A stretch of DNA of 64,000 bases, from assembly GCA_963801355.1 (NCBI GenBank), contig CAWDEM010000004.1, positions 608,001 to 672,000 on the forward strand, in the 5' to 3' direction. Positions 27,648-38,182 of this stretch are shown here, piece after piece; positions within the stretch are counted from its first letter, which is position 1; each line of letters opens with the position of its first letter. A program made the translations under genes and the position numbers. The notes under the pieces were generated by a model that did not search any database, had not been told where the DNA came from, and saw only the letters and a program-made list of their open reading frames with translations. This stretch comes from Ignavibacteriota bacterium. GTDB taxonomy: Bacteria > Bacteroidota > Ignavibacteria > UBA10030 > UBA6906.

Positions 27648-28670
27648 ATGTCCGCTATCGTCGAATGCGTGCCGAATTTCAGTGAAGGAAGAGATGCCGC
27701 GATCATTGCGGCAATCGGTGCAGCGGTGCGCGGTGTTCCCCGCGTGAAGCTCCTCAGTGTTGAGCCGGACAGGGACTACAACCGCACTGTCGTGACGTTC
27801 ATCGGCGCGCCGGAAAGTGTTGTGGAGGCTGCGTTCCAGGCGACGCGTGTCGCCGCCGAGCGGATTGACATGACAAGACATACGGGTGAGCATCCGCGCA
27901 TCGGTGCCACCGATGTCGTGCCGTTCGTGCCGGTTGCGGGCGTGGGCATGGAGGATTGCGTGCGCCTGGCCCGTGCATTCGGGAAGAGGGTGGGGGAGGA
28001 GTTGAACATCCCCGTCTATCTGTACGAGGAAGCCGCAACCCGGCCGGAGCGCAGGAATCTTGCGGCTGTCAGGAAGGGGGAATACGAGGGACTGCCTGCG
28101 AAACTTCAGGACCCGGACTGGCAACCTGATTTCGGCCCTGCGGATTTTCCACCCCGCTCAGGCGCTACGATTGCCGGGGCCCGGATGTTCCTGATCGCGT
28201 ACAATGTGAACCTCAACACCAATGACCAGGGGATTGCCCACGAAATCGCGCTCCGCATACGCGAGAGCGGCCGGGTGCAGAAAGATGATCGGGGGAATAC
28301 TGTTACCGATGCACAGGGACGAAAGGTGTATGTGCCGGGAACTCTGCGGTCGGTGAAGGCCATGGGAGTTCTGCTGGAGGCGCACAATATCGCGCAAGTC
28401 TCCATCAATCTGGTCAACTACCACCTGACCGCGCCCCATGTTGCGTATGAAGAAGTGAAGCGCCAGGCGGCAAGTCTTGGTGTGGAAGTGACGGGGAGCG
28501 AGATCGTCGGGTTGACGCCGAAAGAGGCGCTTGTCATGGCGGGCCGGTTCTATGCCCCCGGGGTGCACGACGAGGCGGTACTCATCACCACGGCTATCGA
28601 ACGTCTCGGATTGAACCAGCTGGAGCGCTTTGATCCTTCTCGCAAGATTATCGAATCCCAACTACCATGA
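27648..28670 (+). CDS. ftcD: Glutamate formimidoyltransferase
   Basis: VECVPNFSEGRD, HPRIGATDV and RKGEYEG motifs. Confidence 0.93.
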   Translation: MSAIVECVPNFSEGRDAAIIAAIGAAVRGVPRVKLLSVEPDRDYNRTVVTFIGAPESVVEAAFQATRVAAERIDMTRHTGEHPRIGATDVVPFVPVAGVGMEDCVRLARAFGKRVGEELNIPVYLYEEAATRPERRNLAAVRKGEYEGLPAKLQDPDWQPDFGPADFPPRSGATIAGARMFLIAYNVNLNTNDQGIAHEIALRIRESGRVQKDDRGNTVTDAQGRKVYVPGTLRSVKAMGVLLEAHNIAQVSINLVNYHLTAPHVAYEEVKRQAASLGVEVTGSEIVGLTPKEALVMAGRFYAPGVHDEAVLITTAIERLGLNQLERFDPSRKIIESQLP

Positions 28671-28686
28671 AGAACATGAGGTCGCC

Positions 28687-29319
28687 ATGTCCAGTCGCAG
28701 AACGCTGAGCACGTTTCTTGAAGAACTTGCCTCCTCGTCCCCCGCGCCGGGCGGTGGAAGTGTCGCCGCACTTGCAGGCGCCCTGGGCGCAGCCCTCACC
28801 TCCATGGTGTGCAATTTGACTCTCGGCAAGAAGAAATATGCCGACGTGGAGGGTGACCTGAAGAAGGTTCTCGAGCAATCGGAACAGCTGCGGGCGCAGT
28901 TCACCGAGTTGATTGACCGTGACACCGAGGCGTTCAACAAGGTGATGGAAGCCTATGCGCTCCCCAAAGACACCGAACCCCAGAAAGCACTCCGGGCGGC
29001 AGCCGTGCGCGAGGCGACCAAGGAGGCCACGCTGGTCCCGCTGGAGGTCATGAAGCATTGCATTGATGCACTTGCTCTTGCGGAAAGCGTCGTATCGAAG
29101 GGGAACACGAATTCCGTCAGCGATGCCGGTGTCAGCGCCCTCATGCTCCATGCTGCACTCGAAGGGGCGGCGCTCAACGTGCGCATAAACCTGAGTGCGC
29201 TGGGTGATCAGGAGTTTGTCGGGTGGAAAGAGGACGAAGTACAATCCCTGCGCTCGACCAGTGCAATGATGCTGGAAGAAATACAATCCATTGTCGAGGA
29301 CAAGCTAAGGAAAGTGTAA
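28687..29319 (+). CDS. Formimidoyltetrahydrofolate cyclodeaminase
   Basis: SSSPAPGGGSVAA, GNTNSVSDAG and NVRINL motifs. Confidence 0.92.
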   Translation: MSSRRTLSTFLEELASSSPAPGGGSVAALAGALGAALTSMVCNLTLGKKKYADVEGDLKKVLEQSEQLRAQFTELIDRDTEAFNKVMEAYALPKDTEPQKALRAAAVREATKEATLVPLEVMKHCIDALALAESVVSKGNTNSVSDAGVSALMLHAALEGAALNVRINLSALGDQEFVGWKEDEVQSLRSTSAMMLEEIQSIVEDKLRKV

Positions 29320-29326
29320 CACCGCT

Positions 29327-30070
29327 CTACGGTGTCACGAGGAGCGCCGCCGCCACAATCGCTGCGGTTTCGCTCCGGAGACGCCGGTCGCCTACAGACA
29401 CGATTGACCAATGCTGTGCGAGCGCGGAGGCCACCTCCGCGCCGGTAAACCCGCCCTCCGGCCCGATGCACACGGTCCACACAGATGTGCCGTGAGTATC
29501 GGCGGACCTGCCGAACAATGTCGACGCCTGTTCATGGAACAACACCTTCCCACCCTGGGAGCCGGCGATCACTTCTTCAAAGGTCATCACCGGCGGAATT
29601 GCGGGGAGGACGCAGCGTCCGCATTGCTTCATGGCGGCCAATGCGATCGCCTGCCAGCGTTCCACCCGGGCGTGGCGGGCGATCGTGCGCGCGGTGACCA
29701 TGGGGATGATCCTGCAGACGCCGAGCTCGGTGGCCTTCTCGACCACCAGGTCAAACCGTGATGGATTTTTGAGGACGGCCACCGCCAGTGTCACCTGTCG
29801 TGCCGGCTCGTGCAAGCGGGGGTGTGTGGAGAGGATGGAACACTGTGCGGAACGCTTGCGGAGTGTCGCCACGGTGGTGACATAGGCCATTCCCGCGCCG
29901 TCCACGATTCCGATAGTGTCTCCTTCGATGTGGCGCATGACCTGTGTTAGATGCGCAAATTCTTCGCCTTCCACAGTGATGGTGCCGCCCGCAACGGCCC
30001 CCGGGGCCGCGTAGAAGAACTCCAGCCCGGCGGGCACACCGGTGTGCGGCACTGTATTCTCAGATGGCAC
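29327..30070 (-). CDS. rsmE: 16S rRNA m3U1498 methyltransferase
   Basis: HLTQVMR, EKATELGV, KQCGR, IGPEGGF and LRSETAA motifs; start uncertain (GTG 30070 or 30037). Confidence 0.93.
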   Translation of the reverse strand: MPSENTVPHTGVPAGLEFFYAAPGAVAGGTITVEGEEFAHLTQVMRHIEGDTIGIVDGAGMAYVTTVATLRKRSAQCSILSTHPRLHEPARQVTLAVAVLKNPSRFDLVVEKATELGVCRIIPMVTARTIARHARVERWQAIALAAMKQCGRCVLPAIPPVMTFEEVIAGSQGGKVLFHEQASTLFGRSADTHGTSVWTVCIGPEGGFTGAEVASALAQHWSIVSVGDRRLRSETAAIVAAALLVTP

Positions 30071-31382
30071 GTCGAAAGTCCAGAATAAATTGTCCCTTTC
30101 CGAGGTTGTTCCAGGCATAGTCCGTGCGGACGATCATGCCGTACGGGAGAAGGAAGTCGAGTCCGCCTCCGTACCCCGATGCAACGGAACTGAGGGCGAC
30201 GCCCTGGCCGCGGTACCAGGTTGTGCCCGCATCTGCGAAGAGCACGATGCCTACGCCGAAACGCCAAACCGAAAATTCGTCCGGGAGAATGGGACTGGAC
30301 ACGCGGAATACGCGTGCCGGGAAGATCGGATAGCGCAGCTCAACGGTGGAAGTAACAATATGTTCCCCTTCAAACACCGTTTTGAAATAGCCGCGGACGC
30401 GGTCGCCGTAGCCCAGGTAGACATGGGCGTACGTCGGGATTTCCCCTCCTGCCATGAACGCTGCATGAAGCCTCACGGCGAGGGTGAACGACGGGGGAAG
30501 AGGAATGTACTTCCGGAGGTCAACGCCCATGCGAGTAAAATTCACAGGGGAAGTCCCCAGGCCGGACCTTGTGACGTACGCGGATCCGTAGTTCCCCTTC
30601 GTGGAGTATTCGGAAAGGTCGCGGCTGTCGTACTGATAGGAGGCGCTGGCATAGAGGTACCGGTCGGTTCCGTCTGCTGAAACGGTCCGGCCCGGTCTGT
30701 ATGCGGAGATCTTCACCGTGCGATACCCGACATTGATGCCTGCATACTGGTACAGGTCGAAGCGTTTGCCGGTGGAGATGTTGCCGTCATAGTGGAGTTC
30801 ATCGAAGCTTCCTGAGACCAGTGCTTCCTGCTCGCTGCGATTGCGTGTTGTGCTGTAGGAAATCTGGGCACCAAACGATATCCGGTTGTCGTGATCGACA
30901 AGGGGATCGGCAAAAGAGAGTTGGGCAGATGGGTCGGCGCCGAAGACCACCGATCCAAACAGCTTCTGGTTTCTGCCCTGGAAGTTGTTGTGGTAGAGTC
31001 CCGCGCCGTAGTAGGCCCGTTCGACGTCTCCGTCCCTGAAGCCGAAGAGCGGCACGGGAAAAATGAACCAGCGTTCATTCACCAGGACGCGGAGGATGCT
31101 GCGCGCCTGCAACGTATCGAGAAAGAGATCGACGCTCGTAAAAAGGCCGAGGCTGTAGATGCGATTGCGGTCGAATTCGATCATCTCGGGCGTGAACTGC
31201 ACTCCGGCGGTGATGGACATTTCATTCAGGATGACATACGGGCGGGTGTGGGTGTTGCCGGACACGACGACGCTATCCACCGGTCCGAGGAAGAATGGCT
31301 CACGTTGCGGCTGTATCTGGCCCGGCCCGCTGCAGTTCGCCCCCAGAAGGAGAAACACCATGAAGACGCCGCGCTTCGTCAT
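30060..31382 (-). CDS. Omp85 (BamA/TamA) family protein with a single POTRA domain
   Basis: POTRA motif SGNTHTRPYVILNE...IYSLGLF; NFQGRNQ; VRGY loop motif; ELRYP and FADAG strands. Confidence 0.85.
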   Translation of the reverse strand: MTKRGVFMVFLLLGANCSGPGQIQPQREPFFLGPVDSVVVSGNTHTRPYVILNEMSITAGVQFTPEMIEFDRNRIYSLGLFTSVDLFLDTLQARSILRVLVNERWFIFPVPLFGFRDGDVERAYYGAGLYHNNFQGRNQKLFGSVVFGADPSAQLSFADPLVDHDNRISFGAQISYSTTRNRSEQEALVSGSFDELHYDGNISTGKRFDLYQYAGINVGYRTVKISAYRPGRTVSADGTDRYLYASASYQYDSRDLSEYSTKGNYGSAYVTRSGLGTSPVNFTRMGVDLRKYIPLPPSFTLAVRLHAAFMAGGEIPTYAHVYLGYGDRVRGYFKTVFEGEHIVTSTVELRYPIFPARVFRVSSPILPDEFSVWRFGVGIVLFADAGTTWYRGQGVALSSVASGYGGGLDFLLPYGMIVRTDYAWNNLGKGQFILDFRRAI

Positions 31383-32158
31383 TTGGCGAGGAGGTCCATT
31401 GCCTGATGGGCTGCCGCCTGTTCGGCGTCTTTCTTGTTTTTGCCGGAGCCGGTCCCGCGCCGTTCGTTGCGCAGCAGCACGTCAACCGTAAACGTGCGGT
31501 CATGGTCCGGCCCTTCCTCTTTAACGATGAGGTACCGCGGAACGCCAAGCCCGTGGGATTGAGCATATTCGAGCAGTCTGCTCTTGTGGTTCTCGTCCGC
31601 AGTCGTGGTCACCGCTCCGTATGTCATTGCCTGTGTCACCTGTCGCTCGACGAAGCGGCGGGCTGCGACGAATCCGCGATCGAGGTAGATTGCCGCGACG
31701 ATGGCCTCGAATGTGTCGGCGATAATGGTATCATAGCCCCTGCCGATGGACTGCGCGGCGCTCGGACTCATAAGGATGAAGTCAGAGAGGCGGAGTGCCT
31801 TCGCATACGCGGCGAGGGCTTTGCGATTCACCAGGCGCGATCGCATTTTGGTGAGGTCGCCCTCGGGGGCGTGAGGATACCGTGCATAGAGATGCTCGCC
31901 GACGATGAGATTCAGGACTGAGTCACCGAGGTACTCCAGGCGCTCGTTGGAGGAACTTGTGTGGCCCGGCCGTTGAGGAAACGATCGATGCAGGAGGGCG
32001 TGGACAAAGAGTTCGCGGTTGTGGATCTTGCATCCCAGCACGCGTTGGAGGCGCCGGACCGTCGGGGGATCCAGATCAGCCGGGAGGGGTTCCTCATCGT
32101 CAAGCCGCGCCCCGCGGAGGCGGGGGACGATTTTCCGTATAAGGGACTTCAGCGGCAC
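31379..32158 (-). CDS. rnc: Ribonuclease III
   Basis: NERLEYLGDSVL signature, ADTFEA and C-terminal dsRBD. Confidence 0.96.
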   Translation of the reverse strand: MPLKSLIRKIVPRLRGARLDDEEPLPADLDPPTVRRLQRVLGCKIHNRELFVHALLHRSFPQRPGHTSSSNERLEYLGDSVLNLIVGEHLYARYPHAPEGDLTKMRSRLVNRKALAAYAKALRLSDFILMSPSAAQSIGRGYDTIIADTFEAIVAAIYLDRGFVAARRFVERQVTQAMTYGAVTTTADENHKSRLLEYAQSHGLGVPRYLIVKEEGPDHDRTFTVDVLLRNERRGTGSGKNKKDAEQAAAHQAMDLLAK

Positions 32159-32168
32159 GTGAGACCGG

Positions 32169-33425
32169 CTATTCCAGGGGGTATCTTTTGAAGAGCAACG
32201 ATGCGTTGTGGCCGCCGAAACCGAATGTATTGCTCAGGCCGTGGCGGAGTGTCTTCTGCACCGGCACATTGGGCGTATAGTTGAGATCACAGGCCGGATC
32301 GGGTGTCTCATAATTGATGGTTGGCGGGATTCTTCCCAACCGCAGGGCCAGAATGGTGGCAATGGCTTCCACTGCGCCGGCGGCGCCGAGGAGGTGCCCC
32401 GTCATGGACTTGGTGGAGCTGACGTTGAGCGCGTACGCATGATCACCGAACACCGTCTTGATCGCCTGTGATTCACTTGCATCATTCAGCTGTGTCGAAG
32501 TGCCGTGCGCGTTGATGTAGTCCACCTGGTCGGGTGTGATGCCGGCGTCGTTGATGGCGCGACGCATGGATCGGACTGCACCCTCGCCCCCTTCAGAAGG
32601 GGCGGTAATATGATGGGCGTCAGCAGTGAATCCCAAGCCGACGATTTCGGCATAGATGTTTTTTGCACCGCGTTTCAGGGCGAACTCAAGCTCTTCCAGC
32701 ATGAGTGCACCGCCGCCTTCCCCAATAACAAAGCCGTCGCGACCCGCATCGAACGGCCGGCTGGCTTTTTCCGGAGCATCGTTCCGGGAAGAGAGTGCCT
32801 TCATGTTGTCGAACCCGCCAAGCCCCATTGGTGTAATCGGTGCTTCCGATCCTCCGCACAGCATCGCATCGGCATCGCCATATTGAATGATCCGGTACGC
32901 ATCGCCGATCGCGTGCGAGGCGGTCGCACAGGCCGAAACGGTGGCATAGTTCGGCCCCTTGAAACCATGTTTGATGGAAATGTTTCCTGCTGCGATGTCC
33001 GGTATCAGCATCGGGATGAAAAACGGGCTGATGCGGCGCGGACCGCCCTCCATGTAATTCGTAAACTGGGCGTCATAGGTGATCATTCCACCGATGCCTG
33101 ACCCGTAGACCACACCAATGCGGTCGGGATCAGTATCCTTTGCCAGAAGACCCGAATCGAGAACGGCCATGTCGGCAGTGATGACGGCGTACTGGGAAAA
33201 CGGATCCATCCGTTGCGAGGCCTTCCGGTCCAGGAAGTCCATCGCTTTGAACCCCTTGAGCTCACACCCGAAGCGGGTTCCATACGCCGCCGTGTCAAAA
33301 CGGGTGATGGGAGCCGCACCGCTGCGTCCGCTCATCATCGAGGCCCAAAAATCCTCGACATTGAGCCCGACCGGCGACAAAACCCCCATACCTGTGACAA
33401 CCACTCTGCGATTGCCGTTCTTCAT
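32169..33425 (-). CDS. fabF: 3-oxoacyl-ACP synthase II
   Basis: [21 protein letters not shown] and NTFGFGG motifs. Confidence 0.97.
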   Translation of the reverse strand: MKNGNRRVVVTGMGVLSPVGLNVEDFWASMMSGRSGAAPITRFDTAAYGTRFGCELKGFKAMDFLDRKASQRMDPFSQYAVITADMAVLDSGLLAKDTDPDRIGVVYGSGIGGMITYDAQFTNYMEGGPRRISPFFIPMLIPDIAAGNISIKHGFKGPNYATVSACATASHAIGDAYRIIQYGDADAMLCGGSEAPITPMGLGGFDNMKALSSRNDAPEKASRPFDAGRDGFVIGEGGGALMLEELEFALKRGAKNIYAEIVGLGFTADAHHITAPSEGGEGAVRSMRRAINDAGITPDQVDYINAHGTSTQLNDASESQAIKTVFGDHAYALNVSSTKSMTGHLLGAAGAVEAIATILALRLGRIPPTINYETPDPACDLNYTPNVPVQKTLRHGLSNTFGFGGHNASLLFKRYPLE

Positions 33426-33494
33426 ACAGTGATCCGTTCAATACCTGCGATTCGTCTCTCCCGGCCGCACTGGGACGGGTCAGAAAGTATAAAG

Positions 33495-33731
33495 TTAGGC
33501 TTGTTTTCCCTGGATGTACTTGATGGCATCGCCAACCGTGGAGATCTTCTCGGCATCCTCGTCCGGGATCTGGAGGTTAAAGGCCTTCTCAAACTCCATC
33601 ACGAGCTCCACCGTGTCGAGAGAATCGGCGCCCAGGTCGTTCGTGAAAGACGCCGCCGGGGTTACCTGTCCCTCGTCCACGCCAAGCTTGTTCATGATGA
33701 TTTCCTTTACCTTAGCCTCAATGTCTGCCAT
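33495..33731 (-). CDS. acpP: Acyl carrier protein
   Basis: [12 protein letters not shown] motif. Confidence 0.97.
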   Translation of the reverse strand: MADIEAKVKEIIMNKLGVDEGQVTPAASFTNDLGADSLDTVELVMEFEKAFNLQIPDEDAEKISTVGDAIKYIQGKQA

Positions 33732-33791
33732 GACGCGACCTCCTGTATGATGATGGAAAAAGTATATGTCTTCAGCGTTTGGAATGCATGC

Positions 33792-34538
33792 TCACATCGT
33801 CAGGCCACCGTCGATGGCAAGAACCTGGCCGGTAATATAGTCGGCCCGTGACGACGCAAGGAATGTGACAACTCCGGCAATTTCGTCCGGAGTACAGCCC
33901 CTCTTCAGAGGGATGACGTTCAGGAAAGCCGCCCGTGCCTCCTGGCTGAGGGCCGCGGTCATTTCGGTCTCAACATAGCCCGGTGCAATGGCGTTGACCG
34001 TGATGTTCCGCGATGCCAGTTCTTTTGCCGCCGACTTCGTCAAACCAATGAGCCCTGCTTTCGATGCCGAGTAGTTGGCCTGGCCGGCATTCCCCATCAG
34101 CCCAACCACCGAACTCACGTTGATGATCTTCCCCTTCCGTTGCCGCATCATCACCTTGCTGACCGCACGGGTCATGATGAACGACCCTTTCAGGTTCACC
34201 TTCAGGACAATGTCCCAGTCGTCGTCCGTCATCCGCATCATGAGCTTGTCGCGTGTGATGCCGGCATTATTGACGAGAACATCAATCCGTCCGAGTTCGG
34301 CGGCGACCTCTTCGCAGGCTTTTTCCGCTGACGGCGTATCAGTGATGTCCAGGGATTTTTGGACGATCTTGCGCCCCATTCCTTTGATCGTTTCGGCAAA
34401 GCCCGGGAAATCATCCGGGAAGGCCCTGTCGAAAATTGCAACATGAGCGCCTTCGGAGGCAAGATCCCTGGCAATGGCCCGGCCGATGCCGCGCCCACCG
34501 CCCGTTACGATGGCAACCTGGTCTCGAAGCAGATCCAT
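33792..34538 (-). CDS. fabG: 3-oxoacyl-ACP reductase
   Basis: TGGGRGIG, NNAGITRD and YSASK motifs. Confidence 0.96.
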   Translation of the reverse strand: MDLLRDQVAIVTGGGRGIGRAIARDLASEGAHVAIFDRAFPDDFPGFAETIKGMGRKIVQKSLDITDTPSAEKACEEVAAELGRIDVLVNNAGITRDKLMMRMTDDDWDIVLKVNLKGSFIMTRAVSKVMMRQRKGKIINVSSVVGLMGNAGQANYSASKAGLIGLTKSAAKELASRNITVNAIAPGYVETEMTAALSQEARAAFLNVIPLKRGCTPDEIAGVVTFLASSRADYITGQVLAIDGGLTM

Positions 34539-34574
34539 GCAATCCCTGGATTCGGTGGCAAAACGCGTAAGCAG

Positions 34575-35177
34575 CTAAATATTGCTAGAACTCTTCTCTT
34601 TTGCAAGCCCTTGATAGTATGCCTCCAGCCGGGCATAGCCATCCTCCCCCAGGAGGTGCACTAATTCCGACTTGCAGGCCCGAAAAAGGGGTATCTCATG
34701 ACTTTCACCAATCGAACAACAGGGCTTTTCGTCCTGCAACATGGGGTCAAATCCCACTACCGCATCCGATATTTCGATCGGGTAGAGGATGCAGTAGAGA
34801 GGTTTCCATGCCCAGCGGTCCAGGCCTTCTGCAACCGCGGCGAGCTGGATCGAACAATGCCCTCGCGCGTTGAGAAAGGCACACTTGTCGTTTACGATCG
34901 ATGTACCAACGCAGTGTCCCGACGGAAAATCTGCATCTTCCTGGATGTTCTCTTCGAACCAGAGGTTTTCATCCCTCGTCTGTGTCTCGTCCATGTGCGG
35001 CTTGATCTTTTCCTTCAGGGAAAGGATCTTCGCACGCTCTTCAAGATCGGCATGCACGCCGCCGGCGCAGCAGTCGGAAGAGCACATACATGGCCCTCCG
35101 CCGGTCCTGTACCCGCGGAGGAAGAGCTCCGGCGAAAAGGTCAAGCCCTTAACGGTGAATCCTTCCTGTTGGCTCAT
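34575..35177 (-). CDS. Cys-rich putative Fe-S/Zn-binding protein (DUF3109-like)
   Basis: CxCxxxCC, CAFL, CSIQ and KPLYCILYPI patterns. Confidence 0.7.
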   Translation of the reverse strand: MSQQEGFTVKGLTFSPELFLRGYRTGGGPCMCSSDCCAGGVHADLEERAKILSLKEKIKPHMDETQTRDENLWFEENIQEDADFPSGHCVGTSIVNDKCAFLNARGHCSIQLAAVAEGLDRWAWKPLYCILYPIEISDAVVGFDPMLQDEKPCCSIGESHEIPLFRACKSELVHLLGEDGYARLEAYYQGLAKEKSSSNI

Positions 35178-36097
35178 GTCCCGGCCTCAAGCGTTTCAAC
35201 ATCAGCATACTTGTCAACACCCGACGTCTTCACATCGGCGTTGGTCCTTTTGATCAGGCCCTGGAGTACCTTGCCGGGCCCGATCTCGATAAACCTGTCC
35301 GCTCCATCGCGCACCATATTCCGCACTGTCTGTTCCCATCGTACCGGGTGTGTTAACTGGCGCACCAGGAGCTCCCGGATGTCCGACGACCTGGTGACCG
35401 GCTCGGCGGTGACGTTCGCATACACGGGGATGCGCGCATCGTTGATGGTCGTGCTCTCCAGGGCGGTTTTGAGGCCCTCGCGCGCTGATTCCATGAGGGG
35501 AGAATGGAATGCCCCGCTGACAACCAGCTCTTTTGCGATCTTTGCTCCTTTTCGACGGGAAATCTCCATCGCATTCCGAACACCCTCCACCGAGCCGGAG
35601 ATGACAATCTGTCCGGGAGAATTGAAATTCGCCGGCTGGACGATGCCTGCCGAGGATGCTTCGCGGCAGAGTGCTTCTACGGCATCCGGGTCGAGCCCCA
35701 CGATGGCTGCCATTGTGCCCTTCTGCTGCTCGCCCGCGCGCTGCATGAGTTCCCCTCGGAGCCTCACGAGGCGGAGGCCGTCTTCAAAAGAGAGGGCTTC
35801 CGCCGCGACAAGTGCTGAATACTCTCCCAGCGAATGTCCCGCGACCATGGCAGGAGGGAAGGCTCTAAGCGTGCGCACGGCCACCATGCTATGCAGGAAT
35901 ATCGCGGGTTGTGTATTCCGGGTTTGACGGAGTTCGTCCTCCGGACCCGCAAAGCAGATCGTGCTCAGAGGTACGCCGGTGATTGCATCGGCGGACGAAA
36001 TCATTTCGCGTGCGCCGGGTGCCGTGTCATAGAAATCCCGTGCCATTCCCACGTACTGCGATCCCTGGCCGGGAAAGACATAAGCGATCGTTGCCAT
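35174..36097 (-). CDS. fabD: Malonyl-CoA:ACP transacylase
   Basis: FPGQGSQ, AGHSLGEY and VSGAFHS motifs. Confidence 0.97.
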   Translation of the reverse strand: MATIAYVFPGQGSQYVGMARDFYDTAPGAREMISSADAITGVPLSTICFAGPEDELRQTRNTQPAIFLHSMVAVRTLRAFPPAMVAGHSLGEYSALVAAEALSFEDGLRLVRLRGELMQRAGEQQKGTMAAIVGLDPDAVEALCREASSAGIVQPANFNSPGQIVISGSVEGVRNAMEISRRKGAKIAKELVVSGAFHSPLMESAREGLKTALESTTINDARIPVYANVTAEPVTRSSDIRELLVRQLTHPVRWEQTVRNMVRDGADRFIEIGPGKVLQGLIKRTNADVKTSGVDKYADVETLEAGT

Positions 36098-36112
36098 TGA
36101 GTTCTTGGGGAG

Positions 36113-37117
36113 TTATGCCGCGTTGTCGACTGTCCAGCGAAGAAGAACAGATCCCCAGGTAAAACCGGCGCCGAAGGCTGCCAGGACCAGGGTTTGGCCT
36201 TTCCGAAGTTTGCCCGCCTGCCACCACTCGGATAGGCACAGGGGAATTGTTGCCGCGGTCGTATTGCCGTATTTGTTGATGTTGATCATGATTTTTGACT
36301 TGTCCAGCCCCATCCGGTGCCCGGTTGCATCGATGATGCGGAGGTTCGCCTGGTGAGGAACTAGCCAGTCGACATCCTTGCCGGTAAGATGATTGCGCTC
36401 GACAAGTTCGGCGGCGACATCGGCCATTCCCACCACCGCGAACTTGAACACAGCCTTACCGTCCTGGTAAATATAGTGCATCTTCTTGTCGACGGTCTCG
36501 TGTGTCGACGGATGGAGAGAGCCGCCGCCGCGCATGTGGAGCACCTCTTCGCCGCTGCCGTCGCACCGCAGGATATGGTCGAGGATGCCGGCATCCGGCT
36601 GGTCTGTGGCCTCGAGCATCACTGCGCCGGCGGCATCGCCGAACAGGATGCAATTATTGCGGTCCGTGTAGTCGGTGATAGAGGTCATCTTGTCGGCGCC
36701 GACAACGACGACACGCTTATACGAGCCGTTTTCCACGAATTGGGCGCCCGTGACGAGCGCAAAAAGAAATCCCGAGCATGCCGCCGACAGATCAAATCCG
36801 AACGCATTCTTCGCGTGCACTTTTTCCTGGATGAGGCAGGCGGTGGACGGGAAAAACATGTCCGGGGTGACGGTGGCGACAATGATCAGATCGATGTCGC
36901 CGGCCGACAGGCCGCGATTCTTCAGCATCGCCTCTACCGCAGCGGCCCCCAGGTCCGACGTCGCCCCGTGCTCGAGAACTCTCCGCTCGCTGATCCCTGT
37001 CCGGGTACGTATCCATTCGTCGTTCGTGTCAACGAGCTTTTCGAGATCCCTGTTGGAAAGCACCTTTTCGGGCACATAGTGTCCGACAGCTGTAATCGTT
37101 GCCCTGAGCTTACTCAT
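36113..37117 (-). CDS. fabH: 3-oxoacyl-ACP synthase III
   Basis: AACSGF, PHQAN and YGNT catalytic motifs. Confidence 0.96.
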   Translation of the reverse strand: MSKLRATITAVGHYVPEKVLSNRDLEKLVDTNDEWIRTRTGISERRVLEHGATSDLGAAAVEAMLKNRGLSAGDIDLIIVATVTPDMFFPSTACLIQEKVHAKNAFGFDLSAACSGFLFALVTGAQFVENGSYKRVVVVGADKMTSITDYTDRNNCILFGDAAGAVMLEATDQPDAGILDHILRCDGSGEEVLHMRGGGSLHPSTHETVDKKMHYIYQDGKAVFKFAVVGMADVAAELVERNHLTGKDVDWLVPHQANLRIIDATGHRMGLDKSKIMININKYGNTTAATIPLCLSEWWQAGKLRKGQTLVLAAFGAGFTWGSVLLRWTVDNAA

Positions 37118-38153
37118 TGATGCTCGCAAGTGACTCCTGGATATTCTTGTTCACGGCCTTCACCACCATTTCTTCGGCTCGATAGATCATGTTCTTGAAG
37201 GCCCGGGGGGTGGATTTGCCGTGTCCGATAATTGCGACCCCGTTCACACCAAGCAAGGGCACTCCGCCGTGTTCCTGATAGTCCAGATCCTTCATCACAC
37301 GCCGGAGCGCATTGCGGACCAGCAGACCCATGACTTTGTTGGTAACACTGACTTCAGCGAACGCCTTGAACTTGGTCTTCAAGAAATGGGGAAAGCTTTC
37401 CCCGAATTTCAGCAGAATGTTCCCGACAAAGCCGTCGCACACGATCACATCCAGGTCACCGCTGAAGATATCGCGTCCTTCGACGTTTCCCACGAAATTG
37501 AGACCGCTCTTGCGGAGCAATTTCAAGGCGGCGACACTGGCTTCGTTTCCTTTGCTGTCCTCCTCGCCGATACTGAGCAAGCCGACCCGCGGGTTCGGGA
37601 TGTTCTGTGACGCCGAAATGTACTTCGAGCCCATGACGGCGAATTCCAGAAGATGCTGCGGACGGCAATCCACATTGGCGCCCGCATCCACCAGAAGACA
37701 CGGCGACTTGGCTGTTGGAACGAGCGCGCCGATCGTCGGCCGGCCGATGCCGTGGATCCGGCCCAGGATCAGGGTTGCTGCGGAGAGGACCGCCCCTGTG
37801 TTCCCGGCACTGACGAACGCATCTGCCTTGCCGTCTTTCTGAAGATGCAGCCCGACACCGATTGAGGATTTGCGTTTGGTCTTCAGTGCAGCGTTGGGGA
37901 GGTCATGCATATCGATGATCTCCGGCGCATGCACGATGTCGTATGACCCCGAGGGAGGAGTGAACGCCGCGGAATGCCGGCTGTATTCACGCAGGGAGGC
38001 GCGAATCGTATCCTCCGGTCCGACGAAGATCAGATGGAGCCGATCGCCCGATTCGTGAATGGCTTCACATGCCCCGGCTACGACGTTGGCCGGAGCATAA
38101 TCTCCCCCCATCGCGTCCACTGCAATCCTGATCTGGTTTTCCCTGGACTTCAC
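37110..38153 (-). CDS. plsX: Phosphate acyltransferase
   Basis: IAVDAMGGD, SAGNTGA, DAGAN and CDGFVGN motifs; GTG start inferred. Confidence 0.95.
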   Translation of the reverse strand: MKSRENQIRIAVDAMGGDYAPANVVAGACEAIHESGDRLHLIFVGPEDTIRASLREYSRHSAAFTPPSGSYDIVHAPEIIDMHDLPNAALKTKRKSSIGVGLHLQKDGKADAFVSAGNTGAVLSAATLILGRIHGIGRPTIGALVPTAKSPCLLVDAGANVDCRPQHLLEFAVMGSKYISASQNIPNPRVGLLSIGEEDSKGNEASVAALKLLRKSGLNFVGNVEGRDIFSGDLDVIVCDGFVGNILLKFGESFPHFLKTKFKAFAEVSVTNKVMGLLVRNALRRVMKDLDYQEHGGVPLLGVNGVAIIGHGKSTPRAFKNMIYRAEEMVVKAVNKNIQESLASINE

Positions 38154-38182
38154 GAGACGGTGGTCGTCGCTGTTCGTGCAGT

